Shown: piece by piece, positions 1 through 11,896 of the stretch
Numbering within the stretch: position 1 is the stretch's first letter
How the letters are laid out: each line of letters begins with the position of its first letter
From: Wallemia ichthyophaga EXF-994
Lineage: Eukaryota; Fungi; Basidiomycota
DNA: 32,000 nucleotides
Reading direction: 5' to 3'
Assembly: GCF_000400465.1 (NCBI RefSeq)
Contig: NW_008806277.1
Location: forward strand, 1 to 32,000
The notes under the pieces: model-generated
Databases searched by the model: none
The model's input: the letters and a program-made list of their open reading frames with translations, nothing else
Told to the model about the DNA's origin: nothing
Translations under genes and position numbers: made by a program

Positions 1-786
1 GACAAGCCCAAACCTTAACACGCTTGTCGGTCATCGTCCATATCTGACTCATTGTACCCTTTTGATCAATCATACTTTCTCAGTGATTTCACCGGAACAA
101 CGCTCGCCTCTCGACATCATGTATTCATTTCGCGGTTGTCGCTGCTGATAAGGGTAATGGTCATTCTGAGGAGGGATGTCAAACAAGCCAAGCGAAAAAG
201 CTGCGAAAAAACGAAGCACAAGGTTATTTAAATTTTCTTGTTATTTTGTACTTTTGTGAAATCAAAGTCGCTAAACCTCGCCAAACTTTGTTCGTGTTTC
301 CCATTTTTTCCTACCTGTAATAGTGAGTATGACAAGTGCAAATAAAACATACAATCTGACGATATGAATCCAGAAATCATCGCTGCAAATTCCAGCTAAA
401 CTAATTGAATTTGAGATGACGCAATTTCAGCGATATCAAAATTTAGGCGGTTTTGAGCTAGACAAATAATTTCTCCCAATTTTAAGCATTAATCCGACCT
501 TTTAGCTTGTCCTTAAAGCAACCTTGATGGGCTTCTTCAACACTTTTTTGTCAGCACTGCGCTTTAAAACGGACAAAGTATGAGAGAATGGTGCGATTCC
601 TATAGAAGGCAATATTTGAAGGTTACTCCATGACAAAAAAAAAAAACCAAGGAAACCAAAAAGCAATCACTGGTTTGTAGATGCAGAACATATTAGTAAC
701 CAACATAACATATCCTGTAAGTATCTATAAATCTTTGTTATTGAAAATTGAATTTTGCTGGCGAGATCTTTGACTTGCTCTTTCGT

Positions 787-3071
787 ATGCTGCAAAGGTC
801 AATAATCAGACCACCACATATTTCAACACGCGCGATGCGTTCAATTATGAATTATCCTAGAGTACGCCGCGATGAGGGAAATGTCCTTGAATTCAAATCC
901 AAGAAGAATGGCTTCGTCAGCGTTAAAGATCCGTATGCTTGGCTGGAAACGCCTCCGTCTCAGTCGAAAGAGAGTGCTGATTTTGTGGATGCACAAAACA
1001 AGCTCTTTGGCAACTACATGGAGGACGTGAGCTATAGGGACGAGTTTAAGGCTGCACTCACGGACAATATGAGCTATCCAAAGTTCAGCGCACCTTCAAT
1101 AAAGAAGAATAAAATTGCATACTGGTCAGAGAACTCAGGCCTTATGCCCCACGCGGTCATCCGCTCCTCTAAAAACCTTGACAGTCGTGACAGCGACGTC
1201 TTCTTCGACCCAAATCAGCTTTCTGAAGATAAGTCGGCAAGTCTCGCGACGGCAGCATTCTCAAAAACCGCAAAGTACTTTGCATACGGTATTAGCCGCT
1301 CGGGAAGTGACTGGGTCACTCTTTATGTCCGCTCGGCATCGTCACCCTTCAATGAGCACAGTGGATCACATGAAACTGATCAGTCCAGATTCTCAGATGA
1401 AGTGAGATATGTCAAGTTCTCCAGCATCGGTTGGTTGGGAGATGAAGGCTTCTTTTACCAGCGGTACGACGTAGCAGAAGGCGCACACGGTGCTGCAAAC
1501 GAAGACAAAGCCGGTCTCGAGACAGACGCGAATGAAAACGCTAAGTTGTACTTCCATAAAGTCAACACGCCTCAGTCTGAAGATGTATTGGTTCTCTCAG
1601 ACTCACAAAACCCAACTCATATGTGGTCTGCTGGGACGACAGATGATAGTCGTTATGTAGTTCTCACAGTGTCTAAAGACACATCTAGACGCAACCTCTT
1701 GAAAGTTGCTGACTTGAAGGATCCCCAGAACGCTAAAATATCAGCGAATATGAAGTGGATTGATGTTGTTGGAGAGTTCAAGCATGAGTATAGTGTCATT
1801 GATAACGACGGATCAAAGCTTTATCTTCAAACAAACGAGATGGCTGATAATTTCAAAATTGTAACAGCAGACGTCTACGATTCATCAAGTATCGAGTGGA
1901 AGGACTTTATTGCTGAAGACAATGCTGCTGTTCTTACTGATGCCTCTGTCGTCAACAATGACAAGCTGGTGTTGGTTTATTTGAGAGATGTCAAAAGCGA
2001 GCTTATTGTGCACTCACTATCAGATGGGCGCTATCTCTACAGACTCTTCGACGACTTCACTGGTACCATAAATCAAGTTACCGGTGAATCTGATCAGTCG
2101 AAACTTTTCATTTCAACCACTAGCTACACAACACCTGGTACGGTGTTATCGTTTGACTTTGATAAACACGCGTCAAGCACCTTCCGTTCTACTGAAGTGC
2201 ATGGGTTGAGCCCCACAGAGTTTATGACTGAGCAGCAATTTTATACTTCAAAAGACGGTACTAAAGTGCCAATATTTATAACTAGGCACAAAGACACACC
2301 AAAGAACGCACCGTTCTTTCTGTTTGGATATGGTGGTTTCTCGATTAGCGTTCTCCCATTTTTCTCACCTTCAGCGCTTACGTTCGTGAAGCATTTTAGG
2401 GCTGGTTTGGCCGTGGCAAACATTAGAGGTGGATCAGAATATGGAGAGAAGTGGCATAAGGATGGTATTTTGGATTTAAAGCAGAATGGCTTCTCAGACT
2501 TTTTATCCGCATCAGATTTCCTTGTGGATACTGGCTACGCTGGAAAGGGTTCTATCATCGTTAATGGTGGCAGCAACGGGGGTTTGCTCGCTGCTGTCGC
2601 TGCTCAGCAAGACTTGTCAAACAATATTGCCGTCTCTATTGTCGATGTGGGTGTCCTTGATATGCTTAAATTTCACAAATGGACCATCGGCAGAGCGTGG
2701 ACATCAGATTATGGAAATCCTGACGACCCGTCTGATTTCGATCATCTGCACGCCTATTCACCTCTCCATAGATCTCAAGAAATCAAAGATAAGATATATC
2801 CAGCAATGCTGCTCACTTCGGCAGCCCACGACGATAGAGTTGTTAGCTGTCACACGACTAAGATGATCGCAGAGCTTCAGCATTCTCATATTGAGCAGGT
2901 GAAGTTGGCTAGAATAGAAACTAAGGCCGGCCACGGCGCGGGGAAGTCTACACAGATGAGAATCCTTGAGGCAACAGACAAGTACACGTGAGTAACATAT
3001 TTAGTTGTCGTCATCAGCTAACATAAGATAGATTCGCAGCAAATGAGCTTGGTTTGAAATGGTTCAAGTAG
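787..3071 (+). CDS. POP: Prolyl oligopeptidase (peptidase S9A). Exons 787-2987 and 3032-3071; the family-typical start M-N-Y-P-R-V-R-R is at 847
   Basis: Catalytic motifs GGSNGG (Ser), HDDRV (Asp) and AGHGAGK (His), plus YGYGGF and NIRGGSEYGEKWH. A 44-nt intron (GTGAGT..CTAAC..TAG, 2988-3031) restores the conserved C-terminus TDKYTFAANELGLKWFK*. The ORF-track start at 748 is TTG. Confidence 0.95.
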
Positions 3072-3840
3072 ATTTGCAATAAACTACAGTTGTGTAAATA
3101 CCTAATTCATACACTATCGTTCGTCGCATTTGGAACATGTGCAGTTCTAGAGGGTTCAGGAACACTATATACTATAACTTCTTTGGGATGTCACTTAACT
3201 TGGCCATAGCTAATTTAAATTGCATAAATTGCCTACTTATCATTATCTACACCTCGGAATAGGCAGCTGACTCCATGTTCCTGAGTGCACCACACAGCCC
3301 ATTGAAGACAATAAGACGGGTTTAAAACAGATGATATTTAATGAAAACCAACAATCAACATGAACGGTGCGTGCTTGCTTGATTTGCAATCAAGCATAGT
3401 AGCTCAAAAGCTCCTGCACTTTCAGAAAACTTCTTCATAGCCTTTAAGGATGGAGTGGGCTTTGATCAACTATTCAATGCCCACCAGGTAATGCTTTAGC
3501 GCGGTGAATAGCCAATTTGTCCAAAAAACCCCCACTGAATTTTCCCTAGGCGGATCGATACCCAAATTCTCAGCAAACATCAACGATTTGTGGATCGAAG
3601 CACTCGTTGAGGAGACGGTATTTTTAGACTTTGTCAAGAAGAACAAGTCGAGCATCTCAGTTGCCCGCAATATATGATTTGAGAGTTGAAGGGAAGTGAT
3701 TATAGCTTGTCGGTCGTATACCACGTTTGATACATACCAAATAGTTGAAATAAAAGCTCTTTTTTGATTGATGAAGAAAGAGGTGATAAGTCCGTCTGTC
3801 ACATTTCCCCACGATAGGTGTGTAACTGGATATCAAATGA

Positions 3841-3900
3841 AGAGAAAGCAGAAATGAGAAATGAGAAATAACAAAGCAGAAATAAAACACAGAAATATAG
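3841..3900. repeat. Low-complexity purine-rich tract of imperfect AGAAA(T/G) units
   Basis: agagaaagcagaaatgagaaatgagaaataacaaagcagaaataaaacacagaaatatag. Confidence 0.6.
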
Positions 3901-4288
3901 ATATATCTCCAAATAACCTCGATATTGGTGACGTCCGGCGTCGGCTTCTTTGGAATTTATTGACAGACGGCAGATTATGTATGAGAAGGATATCAAGACA
4001 AATTGATACTCAGAAGTAAAATTATGATACTCATAAATGCACTGGACACCTGGATAACACCCTCTGTTAAAAGAACCCTCTTCTTTTGATAATCTGAAGA
4101 GGTGCTAAAGCTGTGAAGCACGTATTACTTAAATTCACAATCTTCGCAAACCCAGAAACGGTACATTTTAGTTTATCCTGTGAATATGCATGAAGCTGCA
4201 GAGATTTGGAATGCAAGGTTGCCCTTTTGACAGCTTAATTAATCAATCGTAAGCTGCTTGCAGCCTTACCGCCAACAAACACTTTCAA

Positions 4289-5653
4289 ATGGCTTCTCCA
4301 CAAGCCTACGACAATCCTGTTCTTGAAGGCCTGGCTTCAAATATTCCCGCGAATCTGGGGTGTTACAGTGGGTCAGAATGGGTGATGAGAAGATGAGAAG
4401 ACAAGCTAAATGTATTTCAGTGATTGGATGCGTACTCAACCTTATTCTGATGGTGAGACAGACGCGTATTCGTTGTCTTGCTAACAAGTTATAGGCCATT
4501 CTTGGGATGCAAGGGCTTGATTATTACAGTGAGTGATACACGATCCTAACGACTCATTCTAACATCACGATAGAATTGTGAGTTATTGCTTTCACCCCCA
4601 CCTCAACCTCTTAAATCACACAAAGCTTCCCCAACGAGTGGGTCATATTCACATGCCATTCTTCACGCTCACAATACTAAACAGCTCCACCCTCAACAAG
4701 AGCATAGTTGGATTTCTTATGGTGGCCGGGCTTTTCCAGAGTGCTTGTTTTTTCGAGATGCTCTGGACACCGCTAATCAGTGGCTTTGGTGATCTCAAAG
4801 TGTGGAACAACAGTTCATGGACATGGTGGAGCGAGCCAGTGAGTTGCAATTTGGGGTATTTGCAAATGTCTCACATCTTTAGGTGGTCTCCTCTATCATC
4901 TCCGTCGTCTGTCAGTCGTTCTTTTTGAACCGCTGCTGGAGAGTGACGCGGAGCTACATCGTTGTAGTGGTAGCCGTTACGGGTATGACGATAGCGCTCG
5001 CATTTGGTATCGCTTGTACCTATTTCCTATCGGAGTTCGTCCTCTTCACGGAGTCAAATCGTATCCAGAGCAAGATCTGTGCCAGTTCGTGGTTAGCGTT
5101 TTCCACTGCCACGGACATCTGGATATCACTTTTCCTCGTTATTCATCTGCTGCGCGAGCGTCGCAGACTCAATTTCAACAGCACAGAGATGATTCTCGGC
5201 TCTATACTCAACTTCACAATGAAGACTGCGGCTTTTACTTCGGTCTGGGTGACAATCAATCTAATCCTTTACGCGGGTGTCACACACAACTTCGCGTGGT
5301 CTATTTTTCAATTCAACTTTGGTAAGATCTACAGTATCTCAGTATTATACACACTCTTGTCGAGAATTGACGTGAGAAAGATACTATCTGTTCACAACGT
5401 GCAAGTCAGTTCGAGCAGGGGGAGATCGGGCGAGGCAGGCCAAGGACAGTCAGCAATACACATACGCACAGAGGTGGAGCGTGAGTATGAGATGGACGAT
5501 AAGCTTTCTGCGACTGTTTCTCCGGGGCTTGACAGGGCACCGTCGGCCGACACGGAATTGGGGGTGAGCCATAAAGGCGCAGGTCTCCAAGATAGTATTG
5601 TGGACGACGATCGCTCTACTAGGGCGTTGCGTTTCAATGGTAATTCATATTAA
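4289..5653 (+). CDS. Multi-pass membrane protein of the basidiomycete DUF6534 type, 7 exons: 4289-4367, 4421-4452, 4495-4528, 4574-4577, 4626-4637, 4685-4838, 4883-5653
   Basis: Six GT-AG introns of 42-53 nt give one open frame: MASPQAYDNPVLEGLASNIPANLGCYMIGCVLNLILMAILGMQGLDYYKFFPNDSTLNKSIVGFL...EPVVSSIISVVCQSFF...TDIWISLFLVIHLLRERR...FGKIYSISVLYTLLSR. The family call is from recalled motifs (Q..YY..FP.D; GK(L/I)YS.S.L..L..R). Confidence 0.85.
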
Positions 5654-5709
5654 TGTATCAATGTAGCTCTTAGGTAATATATCCAAGTTTTCCATTTTTA
5701 GTGGTAACA

Positions 5710-6045
5710 ATGACTACGCTACCAAATTCGAGTGTCTTCCAGAGCGAGAGAACAGATAATATACACGATGTGCCAATGAGGGTGATTAACAGGCCTTTTC
5801 CACCAGAACTAGACGAAGTGAAAGTCGAGAAGTTTATCCAAGACTATCAAAAAGGCGATGTGTTTACTCCGATTGAGATTTGGAGAGCTAAAAATGACCA
5901 AGGACAGTCATATTACTTTAGCTTTGGTGGTTGCCACCGCTTCGAAGCCGCCAAAAGAACGAGCAAAGAGACGATAAGAGCGAGGATAGTGGATGTACCA
6001 AGCACAACAATACGAGCACACTTAGGCTCAAGCTCGCCCGTTTAG
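5710..6045 (+). CDS. SRX1: Sulfiredoxin (ParB-like fold)
   Basis: Signature YYFSFGGCHR, with N-terminal IHDVPM..I.RP.P..LD..KV. ATG at 5710; the track start at 5701 is GTG. Confidence 0.93.
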   Translation: MTTLPNSSVFQSERTDNIHDVPMRVINRPFPPELDEVKVEKFIQDYQKGDVFTPIEIWRAKNDQGQSYYFSFGGCHRFEAAKRTSKETIRARIVDVPSTTIRAHLGSSSPV

Positions 6046-6542
6046 AATCTGTATTTAAAATAAAATTTCAAATTTTTGGTATAAATACCGCGATGGCGCC
6101 TTCACCTTCCTTCAACCAAATCAGCGTGATAAATTGTTGGGATGGAAGCTGTACCTCCGGGCAGTGGCTGATGCCTTCTCTTAACCCAGACACACGCTAA
6201 TAGTGATAAACCGTGCAATTAAAACAACCGCTTCGAGGATTCATTCCCAAGACGAGGGGTCACCTGCTTGACACGTACATAATATTTTTATTGTAATACT
6301 TTTATTGATATTTATTATATGCGACCTGTTTACTGCCTACTATTGTTTGTTGCATTTCAATAGGACTTGTCCCAGTTGAGCGATGTGGGGATGAACAGCT
6401 TTCAAAAGGTTGCTTTGTATATCAAGTACACCCTTGAATATCTCTTTAGATTACCTGGCCTGCGACTCCACACTCCCCTCACTCCGGTACTCGCGCATCT
6501 CTTTAACCGAGCCCGACCTTCAAGCCCCACCGCCATCATCAA

Positions 6543-9500
6543 ATGTCCCAGATGGACGATTATAAACCTCGCGTTGACGATGAAGCTGATGCCGACGCCG
6601 ACGCCGACGCTGATGACTACGCCTACGATATCCACCACGACGACACCCGCAAACGCAGTCAGCTTGATAACCACAGCGACCCAAAGAAGCGCAAGACGCA
6701 GCAATCTACTCCGAGGCTCAACAAGGATGGCTCAGAGAAGCCAAAGCTTAGCAGGGGAAGTAGAGCCTGCCTGGTGTGCAGGAGAGTAAAGATGCGCTGT
6801 ATCGGTGCTTCGGAAGGTGTAAAATGCAAGCGCTGCTTCAACGGCGGCCATGAGTGCATCTTCGAAGAGTCAAATAGAGGCAGACGCAGTACAAAGAAAC
6901 CCGATCATCTCGCAAATTCGCTTTCTTCCATGTCTGAGACAGTCGATGGCGTCCTCAGAACATTCAATCCAGGAACCCCTCAGTCTGATAACTCACAGTA
7001 CAGCTCCGCCGAGGCTAGCACTAGCAAACTCCCCCACAATGGCAGGCCGACACTGAATCGCCACTCAATCAACTCCTTGGAGAAGCTCATGAGCGGCTCA
7101 AGAGCACAGCAGCTGGAAGCAGCCGCTTGGTTAATGCAATTTCAAGAGTCTATTTTAAGCTACAATAATCAAATTCTCGACCAGAATGAAAGAATGGTCC
7201 AGTTGCATAACAAACAGCCTCATATTCACGGAAACAGCGTCACTCCGCTAGACCAGCTCGTTAATGCATTTCAAGTTAGCTCACCTGGAATGACGCATAA
7301 AAATGATACCACTAATGCCAATGGCATTAACAACGCCAACAACCCCACTAATACTACAAATGCTGAGCGGACCCCTCAACATCATGAGAGACCAGCTTCA
7401 CCTAAACTTCATAGCCTACCTGACGACACCCTCAACCCTCTCGGTCTTCTTGCTGAGGCCAGTCTCAACAACCGACGCTACAGCGCACGAAATTCGCAGC
7501 GACCTGATCTTCAAACAATCCTCAATAACGAGGAGACGGACGGCTCTTCACCTAATGTTTGCGAGAAAGAAAAGAATGAGCAGGTGGAGGCCATGCTTAG
7601 AGATCAGAAATCGGAGGGCATTGGTGTGGCATCGGATGAGTACTATACACCAGGTGGGTAGTTGACATTTTGGTGCACGTCACTGATGCAAAACAGGACC
7701 CATGTCGATGCTTCCCCTCCGTCGTATCTTCATCGAACGCCAAGTCAAACCAGAAATACTCAATTTCTGCTCGGACCAAGACATTAGTAACCTTTTTCAC
7801 ATTTACTATAAGTACATGAACCGTGAGTGATTTTGCTTGTACACTCTACACCCACTCTAACACTACCCCTCCAGTACACACTTGCGTTCTCGATGAAGGT
7901 TTCCACACGCCCTCGCTTGTCGCATCGCGCTCGCCCTTTCTCCTAACGGCAGTGTGTGCAGTGGCGTCCAAGTTCTACACTCAAATGCCCCACCTTCAAC
8001 CAAAACTCCAAAAAGTAGCACGCAAGCTCGCATTCGACGTGCCTTCGCGCGGATTCAAGAGTGTTGAGATTGTGATGGGTTATCTCGTTCTCGTGTATTG
8101 GGGTATAGGGCCCTCGCGGCGGTTTGAGGAAGACAAGACGTGGTTGTTGCTTGGTCTTGCGCTGCGCGTAGCTACAGATCTCAATCTACACAAAAAGGCA
8201 TCGGCGCAGAGTATGCCTGGTAGCGACGATGCTCAGCGTGAGCGTGAACTCAGGTGTCGCGAGCGCGTATGGATTCTTTGCTATATCACGGACCGCTCGC
8301 TGTCGGCACAAATGGGCAAGCCTCCATCTACAAGCCATCGCGAAGATTACATTATTCGACACGTTAGCGACTGGGCGCGCAATGAAATGAGTAATCCCGA
8401 GGACTACCGCGTTGCGGCTTACTGCGAGATGCAGCGCATAGTGTCACGCTGCATCGACTTCCTCTACTCCGCCTCAACACCTTCCGGTTTAGGCGCAGAT
8501 GTGAATTACATGCTTATCACGGTTATGTTCGAGAGTCAGCTCGTCGAGTGGATCGAGAAGGTGCTTCACAACAATAGTCGCATTCAGGGCTCGGCAGAAC
8601 AGCACGCGTATATAATCAGTATTAGCAAGTTTATGTTTAATTATTGGTCTCTTGCCGTGTTTTCCTTCGGATTACAGAGCTCCCTCGAAACGAGTAACGT
8701 AGACACGCCGTACTTTTTTGCGAAATGCTACCACTTCGCTATGGAGTTGCTATCTATCACAAAGAAAGAGCTTGGTCCGAATGGCTGGCTGAAGTATAGT
8801 GTAGATTCGCACTTTGTTTTCATTACATATGCTGCAGTCTCGCTTCTCAAATTTATGCGTCCGCAGTTCAGTCCTTATCATGCAGCAATAGGGATAGACA
8901 ATACTATGATAACAGGACAAGTGTCAGAAATAGCTAATTTGTTTGCTGGAGTAGCAGTAGATGCGCGACATACTCCTGCGCTCTACGCCGCATTCCTTCA
9001 GGCGCTTATTGGACCTCCTACGACAGGAGAGGATGATGGGGGATTCAGGAACCGCAACGAGATATTCGACCGTCTCGTCGGCGATCAAGGCAAGAACAGT
9101 ATGACGGATCTGATAGATGAGAGTGTTGCGTTTATGCCACCGCCACATCAGCCGCCAGTAAATTCGCAGACACACCCGCAACCTCACACACCGCAGCTTG
9201 ACGAATACGCACAGGCTCAGGCGGCATTTGAGGGCACTAGTGGGGATTATATGAGCATGGATCTGAAAACCATCAACGAACAAGCACAGGCGATGGATGC
9301 ACTTTATCAGAATGGCTTTTGGGAAAATGTGCTACTGCCGTGGGTCGAAAAAGGCGTGTTGTGGAATTGTTGCTTACTAAATACTGCAGTGGTTTTGGCG
9401 GTCCTTTAGATTCTATTTCGGGGGGTGTAATGCGCAGTGGATTCTTGACTCCTAAAGGTATCACACCGTCACAGACACCGAGGAATATTTCCAGGCCGCA

Positions 9501-9642
9501 GACACCGGCAAATGCATCAACTTCCATGTCTCAGCAATATTCTAGACCGAGACAGCCTGTGTCGACGCATGGCCAGGTGAATAATCAGGTATTCAGTCAC
9601 TCGCAGAATCACTCATACAATCAGCACGCGCACAATATCTAA
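6543..9642 (+). CDS. Zn(II)2Cys6 transcription factor with fungal TF middle homology region. Exons 6543-7653, 7697-7822, 7875-9339, 9390-9642
   Basis: Binuclear cluster CLVCRRVKMRCIGASEGVKCKRCFNGGHEC and MHR-type RERVWILCYITDRSLSAQMGKP. Three introns (43, 52, 50 nt) join four frames. There is an N-terminal (DA)n repeat. Confidence 0.92.
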
Positions 9643-9714
9643 CAACCGTTTTTATACAAAATTACTTGCTTATTTTACAATGCATGAGTACATTCTGCTA
9701 TTGTACATTGTATG

Positions 9715-10485
9715 CTATGTCTTACTGTAGATAGCAGCCAAATCAGAATTGAGAAAGGGAGAGTGCTTCTTGTGGTCCTCATCTTCAGTCTCACTGTCGT
9801 CATACCTTTTAAGAAAGTCATCTAATCTATCACTGATCACTTGCGAAGTACTCGAATGTGACTGAAGGTTAGACAGTACTGTCCTCCTCTTCTTGCCTTT
9901 AGCATTGATACGTTGAAATTCTCTCTCCTTAGCGTCATCTAATAAGGTTCGGCTGTTGATAATCATTTTAAGCTTTACGGAGACGTGCTGCTTAACGTAC
10001 TCCACGTCATGACCTGCTTTATGGGAGCACTGGATGAGATGACCACCAATCCGCTTATCATTGAATGGTTTATCGTGTTTATCTTTGAATTGTTTGATGC
10101 AAAAGCAACATTTTGTCAACGGCTGAAGAGAGACACCTGCAAATACGTCATCTGATATCTTCTGTGCGTCTTTGACGAGTATATGCGGTATTTTCTTGGT
10201 TTGCTTTTTGGTCTTTTTCTTATCCTGGGGCATAGCACGCTCAATGTCCTCATCATTGATCTTTTCGTTGGCTATATCATCCTTAACGCGTTGGAGAGTA
10301 TCGATACTGAGCATTGTGAGGGTGTAATTACGTGATGCTAGTGGAGCTGGATTTGATGATGATGCTGATGCCGTTGTTGATGTCCCTGCTTCCGCCGCCA
10401 TCTCCGCTTTCCGCTTCTTTCTTGTTCTGTTTGCGTGTTTAGCGCGTGTTCTTGTAATACCATCATAATCCTCCTCCTTTGGCAT
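9715..10485 (-). CDS. Hypothetical basic/acidic, probably nuclear protein with a possible C2HC zinc finger; start at 10485 or 10401
   Basis: Long open frame. CAACC-ATG context at 10485, NLS-like RTRKKRK, and the motif CCFC-x19-HLIQC. Confidence 0.65.
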   Translation of the reverse strand: MPKEEDYDGITRTRAKHANRTRKKRKAEMAAEAGTSTTASASSSNPAPLASRNYTLTMLSIDTLQRVKDDIANEKINDEDIERAMPQDKKKTKKQTKKIPHILVKDAQKISDDVFAGVSLQPLTKCCFCIKQFKDKHDKPFNDKRIGGHLIQCSHKAGHDVEYVKQHVSVKLKMIINSRTLLDDAKEREFQRINAKGKKRRTVLSNLQSHSSTSQVISDRLDDFLKRYDDSETEDEDHKKHSPFLNSDLAAIYSKT

Positions 10486-10503
10486 GGTTGCACAAGCACA
10501 ACG

Positions 10504-11670
10504 ATGTTGAGATTTGGAAATCTGGCCAGACACGCTAGACAATTAAAACAAACCACTCAATTACGCCAATACACCTTCCACGTTGGCTGCTCGTGGTCTT
10601 CAAAACCTCGTCTCGCTTCCGAAGAATCGTTCAAGAAGCAGTTGGCGTACGACGATAAGCATGAGGTGGCGCAGTGGAGATCACAAATGATGGGCGATAG
10701 ATTGAACGTCATTGGAGATGCAGGCGAGGACTTCTGGTTCATTGAGCCACACAAAGACGAAAGCGGGATTGCACTTGGTATTGCGGACGGTGTCGGTGGA
10801 TGGTTCAGTGCAAAAGTAGATCCATCGAAATTTTCACAGACGCTCATGTGGGCAGCAGCGAAGAAGGCAGGCGGAATGAATGCATCTGAGGCTGTGCCTA
10901 TGGATTTGATAGATGCCGGACACAAAGGTGTTTTGGGAATGGAAGATGTCAAGGCGGGAAGCAGCACGGCGTGTGTGGTTACTCTAGATGCACACTCAGG
11001 TTTACTCAAGGGTGCTAATCTCGGTGATAGCACTTTTGTGTTAATTAGAGATGCACAAGTCATAGAATCGACTAAGCAGCAGACACATTTCTTCAATTGC
11101 CCATTCCAGCTATCTAAATTGAGGAAGGGGATTGATAAGAATCATATAACTGATTATGCGCACTCATCAGATGTGTTTGAAACGCGTCTACAAGAGGGCG
11201 ATTGCGTACTGTTATTTGTGGGTGTTAAATGACCATATTAGCCAACATGGTTTAAAAATCCCCAAGACAGACGGCCTCGGAGATAACGTTTTCTTAAATG
11301 AGATTATCCAGTATGTCATCATACTCACCTCCACCTGCTCTAATGTTGGCCGACAGACTTAAACAGGCAGTGGAAGATCACATGCCGAACGCACATATGA
11401 CGGAAAAGTCACAGGCGTTTGCAGATACGCTTGTTTCATATGCAAAGATATGCATGGAGGATGAATTCAAGGTGTCACCGATAGAGTTATCTGCTAGACA
11501 GGAGAAAATCAAGGGATTTATAGGTGTGAGTGGATAATAATGACGTAAAAATTCAGGGCTGATGAAAATTCGCAGGGCAAGGTTGATGAGTGGGTTGTGA
11601 AGGGGTGAATCGAGCAGACTAACAACGGCACAACAGCGTAACAGTACTGACAGCATTTGTAGAAAAATGA
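10504..11670 (+). CDS. PTC7: PTC7-family PP2C protein phosphatase with mitochondrial-type presequence. Exons 10504-11217, 11267-11310, 11357-11525, 11576-11589, 11637-11670
   Basis: Motifs GEDFWF, GIADGVGGW, GSSTACV, ANLGDS, QTHFFNCPFQL, TDGLGDNVF and GGKVDDVTVL. The last two appear only after splicing introns of 49, 46, 50 and 47 nt. Confidence 0.92.
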
Positions 11671-11896
11671 TATTTATTAATTTAAGCAAATTTTCGAGAT
11701 TTAACTTTAGCGTGTATTCGGCAAAATCATTTCTTGAACGTGAATGCAAATCTTTTCAACAAAGTGGGTAAAAAGCAGAAACAATGGAAACAAAGGAATC
11801 TAATTAGAAACTTAGAAGCTCACAAAGGCGCAGAATACAAAACTTTCAATTCTTTATAGATTCAGCCGCAGAGAAGCCACCTTAAAATAAGAAACA

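Noticed and set aside
1-420. Possible last exon of an upstream gene (CTTTCTCAG acceptor near 81)
   Set aside because: No frame gave a recognisable protein and the context lies outside the window.
748-4288. POPB-type macrocyclase cluster with an MSDIN-like RiPP precursor next to the prolyl oligopeptidase
   Set aside because: I found no MSDIN-like or repeated core-peptide ORF nearby, and the neighbours are unrelated. A housekeeping POP is the simpler reading.
4266-4499. Minus-strand 77-aa ORF with an apparent GTAAGG donor
   Set aside because: It is the antisense shadow of the first exons of the DUF6534 gene, which explains the region fully.
11218-11636. Yeast-like productive intron retention in PTC7
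   Set aside because: None of the four introns (49, 46, 50, 47 nt) is a multiple of three, so retention cannot preserve the frame.
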